This document shows, piece by piece, positions 1-7,525 of a stretch of 64,000 bases of DNA. The DNA lies in sequence record PQ100635.1; one strand, 5' to 3'. Position 1 is the first letter of the stretch, and each line of letters begins with the position of its first letter. The notes under the pieces were generated by a model. That model saw nothing but the letters and a program-made list of their open reading frames with translations, was not told the DNA's origin and ran no database searches. The position numbers were made by a program, and so were the translations under genes. The stretch is from Escherichia phage PNJ-9.

Positions 1-1
1 T

Positions 2-331
2 ATTGAAGACGTAGAAGACCCGTACACGTATGCATGGGACGTGTTAGCCCATCCCAAGTATTGTGGAATTCGTGTAGAAGTCAAGACACACCAGATAGAT
101 TCTAAATGGATTTCGGTTACCACAGGATACAGTGGTGATTATCCGGGTGGTAATGGAATCAATATAGGGCCCTTCTTGAATCATCGAGTCGCAGATTGCA
201 TTATTATATTAGATGTCAAAGAAACCTCACCTGACGTCTTCTCTTATTCTATAAAGTTTGCAGGAGACCATGAAGACCTAAAGAAAATCGTCCGCAAGAG
301 CAACTACAACGGGTGGTATCTTCATCTTTAA
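2..331 (+). CDS. hypothetical protein, C-terminal portion (ORF open to window start)
   Basis: Reading frame open from nt 2 to stop at 329-331; upstream of ndd in early-gene direction; no motif recognised. Confidence 0.45.
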   Translation: MEDVEDPYTYAWDVLAHPKYCGIRVEVKTHQIDSKWISVTTGYSGDYPGGNGINIGPFLNHRVADCIIILDVKETSPDVFSYSIKFAGDHEDLKKIVRKSNYNGWYLHL

Positions 332-343
332 TTTCATAAAAGT

Positions 344-380
344 GTTTACAACTAAGTAGGACTATGATATAGTAGTCCTA
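344..380 (+). promoter_or_regulatory. sigma70-type early promoter with flanking dyad (PeSL-like)
   Basis: GTTTACA at 344-350, 17-bp spacer, TATAGT 368-373; 8-bp inverted repeat taggacta/tagtccta (357-364 / 373-380). Confidence 0.6.
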
Positions 381-399
381 TCTAAAAGAGGATAACATC

Positions 400-663
400 A
401 TGAAATTTAAATTTTTCTACGCAAAACATAAAGTAACAGGCGAATTTGTTTCAATGTACAACACCGCAGATGACGAAGGGATGATTTATACCCATTTGGG
501 TCTATCTCATTGGGACTCAGACGTGCCTTATATGTCATCTGAAGCCGAAATAACTCGTCTGGTTAATGGACATATGAACGACCATTTTGGTGTTATTCTT
601 TCTAAAGACCTTAAAGAGGTTATCAACAAAGGATATATGGAACTCGCGGAAGTTGAGTTATGA
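400..663 (+). CDS. hypothetical protein (87 aa)
   Basis: ORF with GAGGA RBS upstream, preceded by own early promoter; no recognisable domain. Confidence 0.5.
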   Translation: MKFKFFYAKHKVTGEFVSMYNTADDEGMIYTHLGLSHWDSDVPYMSSEAEITRLVNGHMNDHFGVILSKDLKEVINKGYMELAEVEL

Positions 664-852
664 GCTCTAAAATGTGGATCGGAATATGGTTTCTTAGTAT
701 CCCTATGATTTGCATAATATTTTCAATTGCATTGAGGTACTTATGAAAAATGCACTTATTGTACTAAGAACAATTTGTGATACGGGTTTTTACATCGCAT
801 GTTCGTTCACTGGGACATGGTTGGCTTTAACATATTTTAATGTAATTTAATT

Positions 853-890
853 GTTTACATCAAGGTAGGATTATGGTATAGTAGTCCTAT
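853..890 (+). promoter_or_regulatory. sigma70-type early promoter with flanking dyad (PeSL-like)
   Basis: GTTTAC 853-858, TATAGT 877-882; imperfect dyad taggatta/tagtccta. Confidence 0.6.
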
Positions 891-910
891 CAAAACAAGA
901 GGAACACAAA

Positions 911-1111
911 ATGGCTAAGCTTTTTAAAGATGTTGAAATTGGTGAAAAATTTGTCCTGAATAATGGTCAGCAGCTTATTCGTGTAGCTTCTATAGCAGGT
1001 CAAACTCATAACTGCATCGCCCCGACGTGTTGGACTCGATTCTTTATTGAAGATGACACTGAATGTTTAACTGTTGAAGAGCTTTTTGAACGTTCTGATA
1101 TAGCCGAATAA
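911..1111 (+). CDS. hypothetical protein (66 aa)
   Basis: ORF after promoter; AAGAGGA RBS; no recognisable domain. Confidence 0.5.
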   Translation: MAKLFKDVEIGEKFVLNNGQQLIRVASIAGQTHNCIAPTCWTRFFIEDDTECLTVEELFERSDIAE

Positions 1112-1113
1112 AA

Positions 1114-1149
1114 TTGTACAAACTCTTGAGAGCAGAGTATAATGCTCTC
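1114..1149 (+). promoter_or_regulatory. sigma70-type early promoter with flanking dyad
   Basis: TTGTACA 1114-1120, 17-bp spacer, TATAAT 1138-1143; dyad gagagca/tgctctc (1128-1134 / 1143-1149). Confidence 0.6.
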
Positions 1150-1187
1150 ATGGATTACAAAAACATTAATCAATTGAGGAAATTAAC

Positions 1188-1634
1188 ATGTCCAAATATT
1201 TAACTCGTAAAGACCTTCTGGCAGTTGGCGGTGAAGTTGTTGCAGTAGTTCGTAATGGCGAATACGGTTCTGAAGTTTCTAAAGAGTTTCGTTCTCGTGA
1301 AGGTTTTTACTTCTTTGTTAAAGGTTCATCCGATTGGCGTCAAGTAGCAGCACGATTCTTTGTAGGACGTCAACGTTCTAAACAAGGGTTGGATGCAATT
1401 CTTTCTCACATTCGTCAAGGCCGTTCGCAATTAGCCCGTACTATGGGCACTAACAATATTGAATATGATGTAATCTTTGTTGCAGCTAAGAACATGAAAC
1501 CACTGACCACTGGTTATGGTAAAGGTCAATTGGCTCTGGCATTCACTCGCAACCATACATCAGAATATCAAACACTCACTGAAATGAACCGTCTTCTGGC
1601 TGATAATTTCAAATTCATTCTGCAGAGTTACTAA
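1188..1634 (+). CDS. ndd: nucleoid disruption protein Ndd
   Basis: 148 aa; strong similarity to T4 Ndd as recalled (SKQG..SHIRQ.RSQLAR, [22 protein letters not shown].SEYQTL.EMNR.LADNFKF). Confidence 0.85.
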   Translation: MSKYLTRKDLLAVGGEVVAVVRNGEYGSEVSKEFRSREGFYFFVKGSSDWRQVAARFFVGRQRSKQGLDAILSHIRQGRSQLARTMGTNNIEYDVIFVAAKNMKPLTTGYGKGQLALAFTRNHTSEYQTLTEMNRLLADNFKFILQSY

Positions 1635-1641
1635 TTTATAC

Positions 1642-1674
1642 GGGCCTATTAAGTTAGGCCTTTAATTTATTTTT
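1642..1674 (+). terminator. rho-independent terminator-like hairpin after ndd
   Basis: Stem ggccta/taggcc with 6-nt loop followed by T-rich tract tttaatttattttt. Confidence 0.5.
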
Positions 1675-1686
1675 GAGGTAATTAAA

Positions 1687-1833
1687 ATGGTAGCATGGAT
1701 TATTGCATTGCTGTGTTGGTCGTTTTTATTCGTTAACACTTTAGTTACAGGCGAAACATCAGTATTTCAACAGGCGGTGGCACAAGGTACCTTAGCGGTC
1801 TTAGCTCTTTTTAACGTATTAAAAGGCGAGTAA
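1687..1833 (+). CDS. small hydrophobic protein (48 aa)
   Basis: Short ORF with GAGG RBS; predicted single TM segment; position between ndd and gene 52 where T4 carries small membrane-protein genes (stp/ac/52.1), identity not established. Confidence 0.4.
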   Translation: MVAWIIALLCWSFLFVNTLVTGETSVFQQAVAQGTLAVLALFNVLKGE

Positions 1834-1973
1834 TGATTAAGAAAATCTTAGCAGGAGCCTTCGGGCTCTTGTTGTTGCTTACTGTTCTGTACTACGGTGT
1901 GATGTTTGGGCTAATCCAAGTAGTGCTTTTCATTTCAGATGTTATAATGGTTATTCGTTCATTAGTATGGTGA
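1833..1973 (+). CDS. small hydrophobic protein (46 aa)
   Basis: ATG overlaps preceding stop (TAATG); hydrophobic core LLLLTVLYYGVMFGLIQVVLF; ends 4 nt before gene 52 start. Confidence 0.4.
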   Translation: MIKKILAGAFGLLLLLTVLYYGVMFGLIQVVLFISDVIMVIRSLVW

Positions 1974-1977
1974 AAAT

Positions 1978-3303
1978 ATGCAATTGAATTCTCGTAATCT
2001 AAAAAGTATTATTGATAACGAAGCCTTAGCATATGCGATGTACACCGTTGAAAACCGTGCAATCCCAAACATGATTGATGGATTTAAGCCGGTTCAACGT
2101 TTTGTGGTTCATCGTGCGTTAGATTTGGCTCGTGGTAATAAAGAAAAATTTCATAAACTCGCGTCAATTGCAGGCGGTGTTGCAGATTTAGGTTATCACC
2201 ATGGCGAATCTTCTGCACAAGATGCAGGTGCATTGATGGCTAACACATGGAACAACAACTATCCACTGTTAGATGGCCAGGGCAACTTTGGTTCTCGAAC
2301 AGTTCAAAAAGCTGCAGCATCTCGTTATATTTTTGCTCGTGTAAGTAAAAATTTCTATAACGTATATAAAGATACTGAATATGCTCCAGCTCATGAAGAT
2401 AAAGAACACATTCCACCAAAATTCTATCTTCCTATTATTCCGACAGTTCTTTTGAATGGTGTCTCTGGTATTGCAACCGGTTACGCAACAAATATTCTGC
2501 CTCATAGTTTTAAATCAGTCAAAAAGGCTGTATTACAAGCTCTTCAAGGTAAAAATGTCACTAAGCCAAAAGTTGAATTCCCGGAATTCCGTGGTGAAGT
2601 ACATGAAGTTGATGGACGTTATGAGATTCACGGAACATATAAGTTCACATCTCGCACTCAAATGCAGATAACTGAAATCCCATATAAATTCGACCGTGAA
2701 ACGTATGTGAGTAAGGTTCTTGACCCGTTGGAAGACAAAGGTCTAATCTCATGGGAAGATGATTGCGGTGAACACGGCTTTGGGTTTAAGGTGAAGTTCC
2801 GTAAAGAGTACTCGCTTCCTGATGATGAAGAGCTACGTCATGAAAAAATCATGAAAGATTTTAGTCTCATCGAACGTCGTTCACAAAACATCACAGTGAT
2901 TAATGAAAAGGGTAAATTAGCGGTCTACGATAACGTAGTGGACTTAATCAAAGATTTTGTTGAAGTCCGTAAGACTTACGTTCAGAAACGTATTGACAAC
3001 AAAATCATTGAATCTGAAAAAGCATTTAAACTGGCTTTTGCTAAGGCACACTTCATCAAAAAAGTTATTACAGGTGAAATTGTGATTCAGGGCAAGACTC
3101 GTAAAGCTTTGACTGAAGAGCTAGCACAAATCGAAATGTATAAAGAACATGTCGATAAACTGGTAGGCCTTAACATCTTCCATATCACTTCTGACGAAGC
3201 ACGTAAACTAGCGGAAGAAGCTAAAGCTAAGAAAGAAGAAAATGAGTATTGGAAGTCTACTGATGTTGTGACAGAGTACACTAAAGACTTGGAGGCACTT
3301 TGA
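1978..3303 (+). CDS. 52: DNA topoisomerase II medium subunit (gp52, GyrA-like)
   Basis: 441 aa; GyrA-like N-terminus (KPVQRF, active-site region) and length match T4 gp52. Confidence 0.9.
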   Translation: MQLNSRNLKSIIDNEALAYAMYTVENRAIPNMIDGFKPVQRFVVHRALDLARGNKEKFHKLASIAGGVADLGYHHGESSAQDAGALMANTWNNNYPLLDGQGNFGSRTVQKAAASRYIFARVSKNFYNVYKDTEYAPAHEDKEHIPPKFYLPIIPTVLLNGVSGIATGYATNILPHSFKSVKKAVLQALQGKNVTKPKVEFPEFRGEVHEVDGRYEIHGTYKFTSRTQMQITEIPYKFDRETYVSKVLDPLEDKGLISWEDDCGEHGFGFKVKFRKEYSLPDDEELRHEKIMKDFSLIERRSQNITVINEKGKLAVYDNVVDLIKDFVEVRKTYVQKRIDNKIIESEKAFKLAFAKAHFIKKVITGEIVIQGKTRKALTEELAQIEMYKEHVDKLVGLNIFHITSDEARKLAEEAKAKKEENEYWKSTDVVTEYTKDLEAL

Positions 3304-3379
3304 GTGCCATAGCCTTAGGATTTCTCGGTGCAATAGCTGTACTAGTGATTTGGCTGTATTGGTTGGACAAACATGATTA

Positions 3380-3400
3380 GGGAGCTTCGGCTCCTTTTTG
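3380..3400 (+). terminator. rho-independent terminator-like hairpin
   Basis: ggagc-ttcg-gctcc hairpin followed by TTTTT. Confidence 0.55.
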
Positions 3401-3421
3401 TGCATTTTTTCTCACAAAATA

Positions 3422-3453
3422 GTTTACACGTGCTTCAAACATGATATTATAGA
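3422..3453 (+). promoter_or_regulatory. sigma70-type early promoter upstream of motA
   Basis: GTTTACA 3422-3428 and TATTATAGA -10 region; same architecture as other early promoters in window. Confidence 0.55.
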
Positions 3454-3489
3454 CCTATCAAAACAAAACAACCAAATTGGAGAAATAAA

Positions 3490-4122
3490 ATGTCTAAAGT
3501 TGCTTACATCATCAAAGCTTCCGAAAACGCTCTGAATGAAAAAACCGCTGCAATAATGGTTTATATCATTAAGAACAACTTCACCACTGCTGCCAATGTC
3601 CGTGAAGCTCTGGAAGCGGAATACAATGCATCGGTTGTTAACTCTAACATTGGTGTATTGATTAAGAAAGGTTTAGTCGAAAAATCTGGTGATGGACTTA
3701 TAGCAACAGGCGAAGCAATGGATATTATCCAAAAAGCTGCAGACCTCTTTGCCCAAGAAAATGCTCCAGAACTTCTTCAGAAACGTAACACTAGAAAAGC
3801 ACGTGGAGTTACTCCCGAAATGCATGAATTAGCAAACTTTGTTTTTGAAAATATTAAAGATAAAGTTGAAGTTAAAGAAATCGGTGAAAACCGTAGTAAC
3901 TTGGAAGTTCGATTTGCAAAACGAGTTCTAGGTATTCGTCAGATCGAAATTCGTCGAGATGGTTGTCTTAGAATATTTGCATACAACATGTCAGAAACTG
4001 AATCAAAGCTGTTTACTTCTCTTGAAAATGATGTTAAGATTAAGATCGGTGGTAAATATACTTACATTGACTTCCCTAATGTGTCCAAAGAAATCATTAC
4101 CCTTGTAACTAACGTACTGTGA
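3490..4122 (+). CDS. motA: middle transcription activator MotA
   Basis: 210 aa; N-terminal MSKV.YIIKAS and NSNIGVLIKKGLVEKSGDGLI match T4 MotA. Confidence 0.9.
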   Translation: MSKVAYIIKASENALNEKTAAIMVYIIKNNFTTAANVREALEAEYNASVVNSNIGVLIKKGLVEKSGDGLIATGEAMDIIQKAADLFAQENAPELLQKRNTRKARGVTPEMHELANFVFENIKDKVEVKEIGENRSNLEVRFAKRVLGIRQIEIRRDGCLRIFAYNMSETESKLFTSLENDVKIKIGGKYTYIDFPNVSKEIITLVTNVL

Positions 4123-4132
4123 GGAATACATA

Positions 4133-4477
4133 ATGAATAAGCTGAATATTATTAACGAACTTCGTAAATGTGCAGAACCTACTCAGGAAGGATGGGATAT
4201 TTGGTACCACGGGGCTTATTTAGGGACAATTGTAAAGATTAAAGCAGGCCAATATATGGTTATTCGCGAAAATTCTGAATTCCATAATGGAGTAGCTCCT
4301 GGCGGTATACGTAAAAACTTTATGGCAGCGATCAGTTCATTTGTTGATGCAGCTTACGAAATCTATAAAGAAGATTATAAAGAATATCAGCAGTCACAAC
4401 CGGTTATTCGTTCGATTGGTGTAAATAAACAAGCACAAAAATCTATTTGGCAACGTATTAAGGAATGGTTTAAATGA
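4133..4477 (+). CDS. hypothetical protein (114 aa)
   Basis: ORF in variable motA-asiA interval; RBS present; no motif recognised. Confidence 0.5.
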   Translation: MNKLNIINELRKCAEPTQEGWDIWYHGAYLGTIVKIKAGQYMVIRENSEFHNGVAPGGIRKNFMAAISSFVDAAYEIYKEDYKEYQQSQPVIRSIGVNKQAQKSIWQRIKEWFK

Positions 4478-4935
4478 AATCATTTAAAGAACGTTTAGAG
4501 CTATTAGATTTGGCCTTGTCTCGTGAGACTCCTGAAAGTCTAGCAGAAAAATTCCAGTCCTACGGTTATAATTATTCTGCTGATGATATAATGAATGAAG
4601 TTCCTGAAATCTGTTGGCAAACGTGCTATTGGAATAATGACCAAAAAGTTCAACGTGTTATAGTATGTGCAGCTAATAGGTTTAAATTGAAGAGTGGTGG
4701 AACTCTGGTTATTCCTGGAGTTCGTCATTACTCTAAAGATATGGCTGAAGTACTTGATATAGTTGGTCCTCAATTAGTCTCGCATCAAGTTTGTGGTGAC
4801 GACCAAGGCTTTATCGACCAATACTCTAATTACTGGACTCGTGAAGAAGCAATGATTATTGCAACGTATGCCGGACAGGTACGTATTGAACGTGGCGGAA
4901 GTGAGAAAGAACTTTATTCAGAGGACCTTTATTAA
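4474..4935 (+). CDS. hypothetical protein (153 aa)
   Basis: ORF start overlaps previous stop (ATGA); no motif recognised. Confidence 0.5.
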   Translation: MKSFKERLELLDLALSRETPESLAEKFQSYGYNYSADDIMNEVPEICWQTCYWNNDQKVQRVIVCAANRFKLKSGGTLVIPGVRHYSKDMAEVLDIVGPQLVSHQVCGDDQGFIDQYSNYWTREEAMIIATYAGQVRIERGGSEKELYSEDLY

Positions 4936-5216
4936 TGAATATTAAACAACTCCAGAAAGATGCTATTGAATCACGTATACAAGATATCAAACGTCTTAAT
5001 CATATGATGGAAGAAAACTATGGTATGTATGCTAATCAGCCTGGCTGGGACGCTTTAGACCATCCTTATTTGGTTAATTTATGTAAAGGTGATACGTTAG
5101 CAATTATTCGTGATGGGTTAAAACCTTTCTTGCGTGACATGTATATTAAAATGAACGAAGAAATTATTAGCTCGTTGCAATATAAATTAAGGAAATTAGA
5201 CGATGAGAATAATTGA
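4935..5216 (+). CDS. hypothetical protein (93 aa)
   Basis: ORF start overlaps previous stop; no motif recognised. Confidence 0.45.
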   Translation: MNIKQLQKDAIESRIQDIKRLNHMMEENYGMYANQPGWDALDHPYLVNLCKGDTLAIIRDGLKPFLRDMYIKMNEEIISSLQYKLRKLDDENN

Positions 5217-5418
5217 TTCTAAAGCAGATTATTTTAATTCTGTTAATGATAAGAATAAAGCGTTAATTCGCCACTTTATTACTGAGATGGGGTATACCGA
5301 CTCTAAAGATTTGAAAGAGCACATTATCGAATGTTCTGTGGCTAAAAAGTTTTCTTTCACTAGTAAATGTTTAAACGAGGTTATAAAGCATTATGAACAA
5401 TCTTGTAGCAAAACATGA
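5203..5418 (+). CDS. hypothetical protein (71 aa)
   Basis: ORF overlapping previous gene end; no motif recognised. Confidence 0.4.
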   Translation: MRIIDSKADYFNSVNDKNKALIRHFITEMGYTDSKDLKEHIIECSVAKKFSFTSKCLNEVIKHYEQSCSKT

Positions 5419-5501
5419 TTTCAATAAGGCTTCTGTTCATAAGGACAAGAAGAAATCAGAACTTCAATCTAAACGTAAACAAAAACATAAGGGTAAAGAC
5501 T

Positions 5502-5801
5502 ATGCTTACTAAAATCAAAGAAAATCCTGCAACTGAACTTGTTATTCGATGCGAAGAACTTGCAGAGCTTTATCAGGTTAACCGAGAAGTATATCGTAGC
5601 GTTGTTGCAGATATGGCAGACGAAGTATGTTCTCGTATTCCTTTTAGTGTTGATTTCAATCACATGAAGCCTGGTGAAATCACTATCGTCTTTGGTTCTG
5701 ACTATACTGAAGAACGGGCTCTTAATGCCCTAGAATATGAAATGTCGTTCTTCGACATACAGGACTATATTGATAGTTATAAGGAACGATATGAGTCATA
5801 A
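5502..5801 (+). CDS. hypothetical acidic protein (99 aa)
   Basis: Start chosen at internal ATG 5502 with AAGGG RBS (track ORF 5415 begins with an unlikely leader); net acidic; sits where T4 carries arn but homology not verified. Confidence 0.4.
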   Translation: MLTKIKENPATELVIRCEELAELYQVNREVYRSVVADMADEVCSRIPFSVDFNHMKPGEITIVFGSDYTEERALNALEYEMSFFDIQDYIDSYKERYES

Positions 5802-5998
5802 TCTTCAGAACGTAGTAGAGGCCGAACGTGAGCGTGAGGCTTTAGTCTATAATGAACTATTAGTTCCGTTCTTGGCCTTACACTCGTACGAACAGGAAGA
5901 CTACACCAATTACGTTAAAAGCGTAGAAAAAGCCATTTACAATCAACACTGATAATGGTACTATATCCATATCAACTAAGTGGAATGAATAAAACGTT

Positions 5999-6271
5999 AT
6001 GAATAAAGACATTGAAATCGTACGTGAAATTATTACTATTGCTTCTATTTTGATTAAATTCTCTAGGGAAGATATTGTTGAAGACCGAGCAAGTTTCATC
6101 GGATTCTTGAATGAGATTGGAATTAAAAAAGATGGTCGGCAGCTAAATCAGAATTCGTTCAGAAAACTAATTACAAATTTAACTGCCGAAGAAAAGAAAA
6201 CACTGATTAGTGAATTCAATGAAGGTTTTGAAAATATTTATCGTCATTTAGCGATGTATTCTAACAACTAA
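5999..6271 (+). CDS. asiA: anti-sigma70 factor AsiA
   Basis: 90 aa; near-identical to T4 AsiA as recalled (VREIIT.ASILIKFSREDIVE.RA.F..FLNEIG). Confidence 0.9.
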   Translation: MNKDIEIVREIITIASILIKFSREDIVEDRASFIGFLNEIGIKKDGRQLNQNSFRKLITNLTAEEKKTLISEFNEGFENIYRHLAMYSNN

Positions 6272-6931
6272 TTATTTAGCCCTTCCTAGTATTCGGACCG
6301 CTTGGTTGCATATAGCCGCTAAGCGATCCTCCTCAAGTATATTATTCCCCTTATACCAATACATCGTCACAGTTCCAGCATAGATGTTATCCAAATTAAA
6401 GTATGGACAACTATACATATAAGAAAGTTCGGCAGTCTTAGATTTTGTAGGCAAAAATGCAAATTCTGATTTAGATGAGAAATGACGGCCACTTAAATGA
6501 ATTATATATTCATTGGCCGTTTTATCCACCGGGAATCCACCAAGGGACTTTTCAGAAATTGTGCTAGGTAGTTTGCCTTCATAAGCTATAAGGTCGACGA
6601 AATAATTTAAGTTTTTAGGTCTGAAAGAATACACAGCACTAAAATCTGCACCAGATGAGATATGAACTATTTGCAGTTGTTCTAGAGCCGCAGATTCAAA
6701 ACGTAAAGCTCGTTCTTTTTGGATTATTTCAGTATAAGTATCATATTTAGCTCTTACATAATAATCCAGCAAAATACTTCCTTTGTACCATATTAGTGCC
6801 ATTAGGAACAAAAGAATAATTACCGCTACTCGAGACATTAAAACCTTTCCAGTAGCGTTATCTTTGAAAATACGATCTAGCAACCCAAATAGAATATCAC
6901 TAAATGAAAATGATACTTTTGGTGTTGCCAT
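6272..6931 (-). CDS. t: holin T
   Basis: 219 aa; matches T4 holin T (N-terminal TM, FSAVYSFRPKNLNYFVD.IAYEGKLPSTISEKSLGG). Confidence 0.9.
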   Translation of the reverse strand: MATPKVSFSFSDILFGLLDRIFKDNATGKVLMSRVAVIILLFLMALIWYKGSILLDYYVRAKYDTYTEIIQKERALRFESAALEQLQIVHISSGADFSAVYSFRPKNLNYFVDLIAYEGKLPSTISEKSLGGFPVDKTANEYIIHLSGRHFSSKSEFAFLPTKSKTAELSYMYSCPYFNLDNIYAGTVTMYWYKGNNILEEDRLAAICNQAVRILGRAK

Positions 6932-6940
6932 AATACCTCC

Positions 6941-7492
6941 TTACTTAAAGATATTTATAATCGCTTTGAAAATAGATTTGTTTTCAAGGTCAGGGAATTT
7001 AGGGAATTCACCGCCAAGATGTTCATGCTTTTCTAAAAGGGCAAAGAATTTTTTGAGCTCTTTAAATTTTCGTTTTTCTTCTCTATTAGCAACCTCTGCG
7101 TCAATAAGAGAACTTAAAACACTGAATAATTTATAGAGTTCATGAATTTTCTTGTCACGTTGAACTACGCGTTTATATGCTTCATCTTCCTTCCACCCGT
7201 CGTCGGTCCAAATGTCAAATTCACCAGGTTCTTCTGTAGTAACATTTTGAAGAGCACCTGGGGTGTCAATAACAATTTTTTGCTTATCATAAGTCCATAC
7301 TGTTTTTCCACGATGGTCTTCAATATATACCCATTCTTGTTCGCGTTCATCAAATACAACAGCATAGCCTTCTTTAGGGTCTAAAGGTTTTTTTGGTGTC
7401 GAATGAGCCGGAAATCCTACGCCTTTTAATGGTTTATAATTTTCTTCTTTGTAAAATTCTTTAGTGTCAAAATAATAGTGATAGAGTTTCAT
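6941..7492 (-). CDS. 38: tail fibre assembly/receptor-recognition protein gp38 (T4-type)
   Basis: 183 aa; MK.YHYYFDTKEFYKEENYKP and C-terminal ALLEKHEHLGGEFP match T4 gp38. Confidence 0.85.
   Translation of the reverse strand: MKLYHYYFDTKEFYKEENYKPLKGVGFPAHSTPKKPLDPKEGYAVVFDEREQEWVYIEDHRGKTVWTYDKQKIVIDTPGALQNVTTEEPGEFDIWTDDGWKEDEAYKRVVQRDKKIHELYKLFSVLSSLIDAEVANREEKRKFKELKKFFALLEKHEHLGGEFPKFPDLENKSIFKAIINIFK
6952..6959 (-). promoter_or_regulatory. late promoter TATAAATA for t
   Basis: Exact TATAAATA on - strand 21 bp upstream of t start, inside 3' end of gene 38. Confidence 0.55.
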
Positions 7493-7525
7493 ATTATAAA
7501 AAGGGACAGAAGTCCCTTCTCCTTA
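7490..7525 (-). promoter_or_regulatory. hairpin-split ribosome binding site of gene 38
   Basis: On - strand: gene 37 stop, GGAGA, hairpin AGGGAC-UUCU-GUCCCU, UUUUUAUAAU, then ATG; hairpin would bring the distant SD close to the start codon. Confidence 0.5.

Noticed and set aside
2-331. Assignment of the partial first ORF as denB (endonuclease IV)
   Set aside because: Synteny makes a denB or ndd.x-type gene plausible, but I cannot recall the DenB sequence well enough to confirm; left as hypothetical
5415-5501. N-terminal extension of ORF 5415-5801 (MISIRLLFIRTRRNQNF...)
   Set aside because: Low-complexity leader without RBS; a better start with RBS exists at 5502
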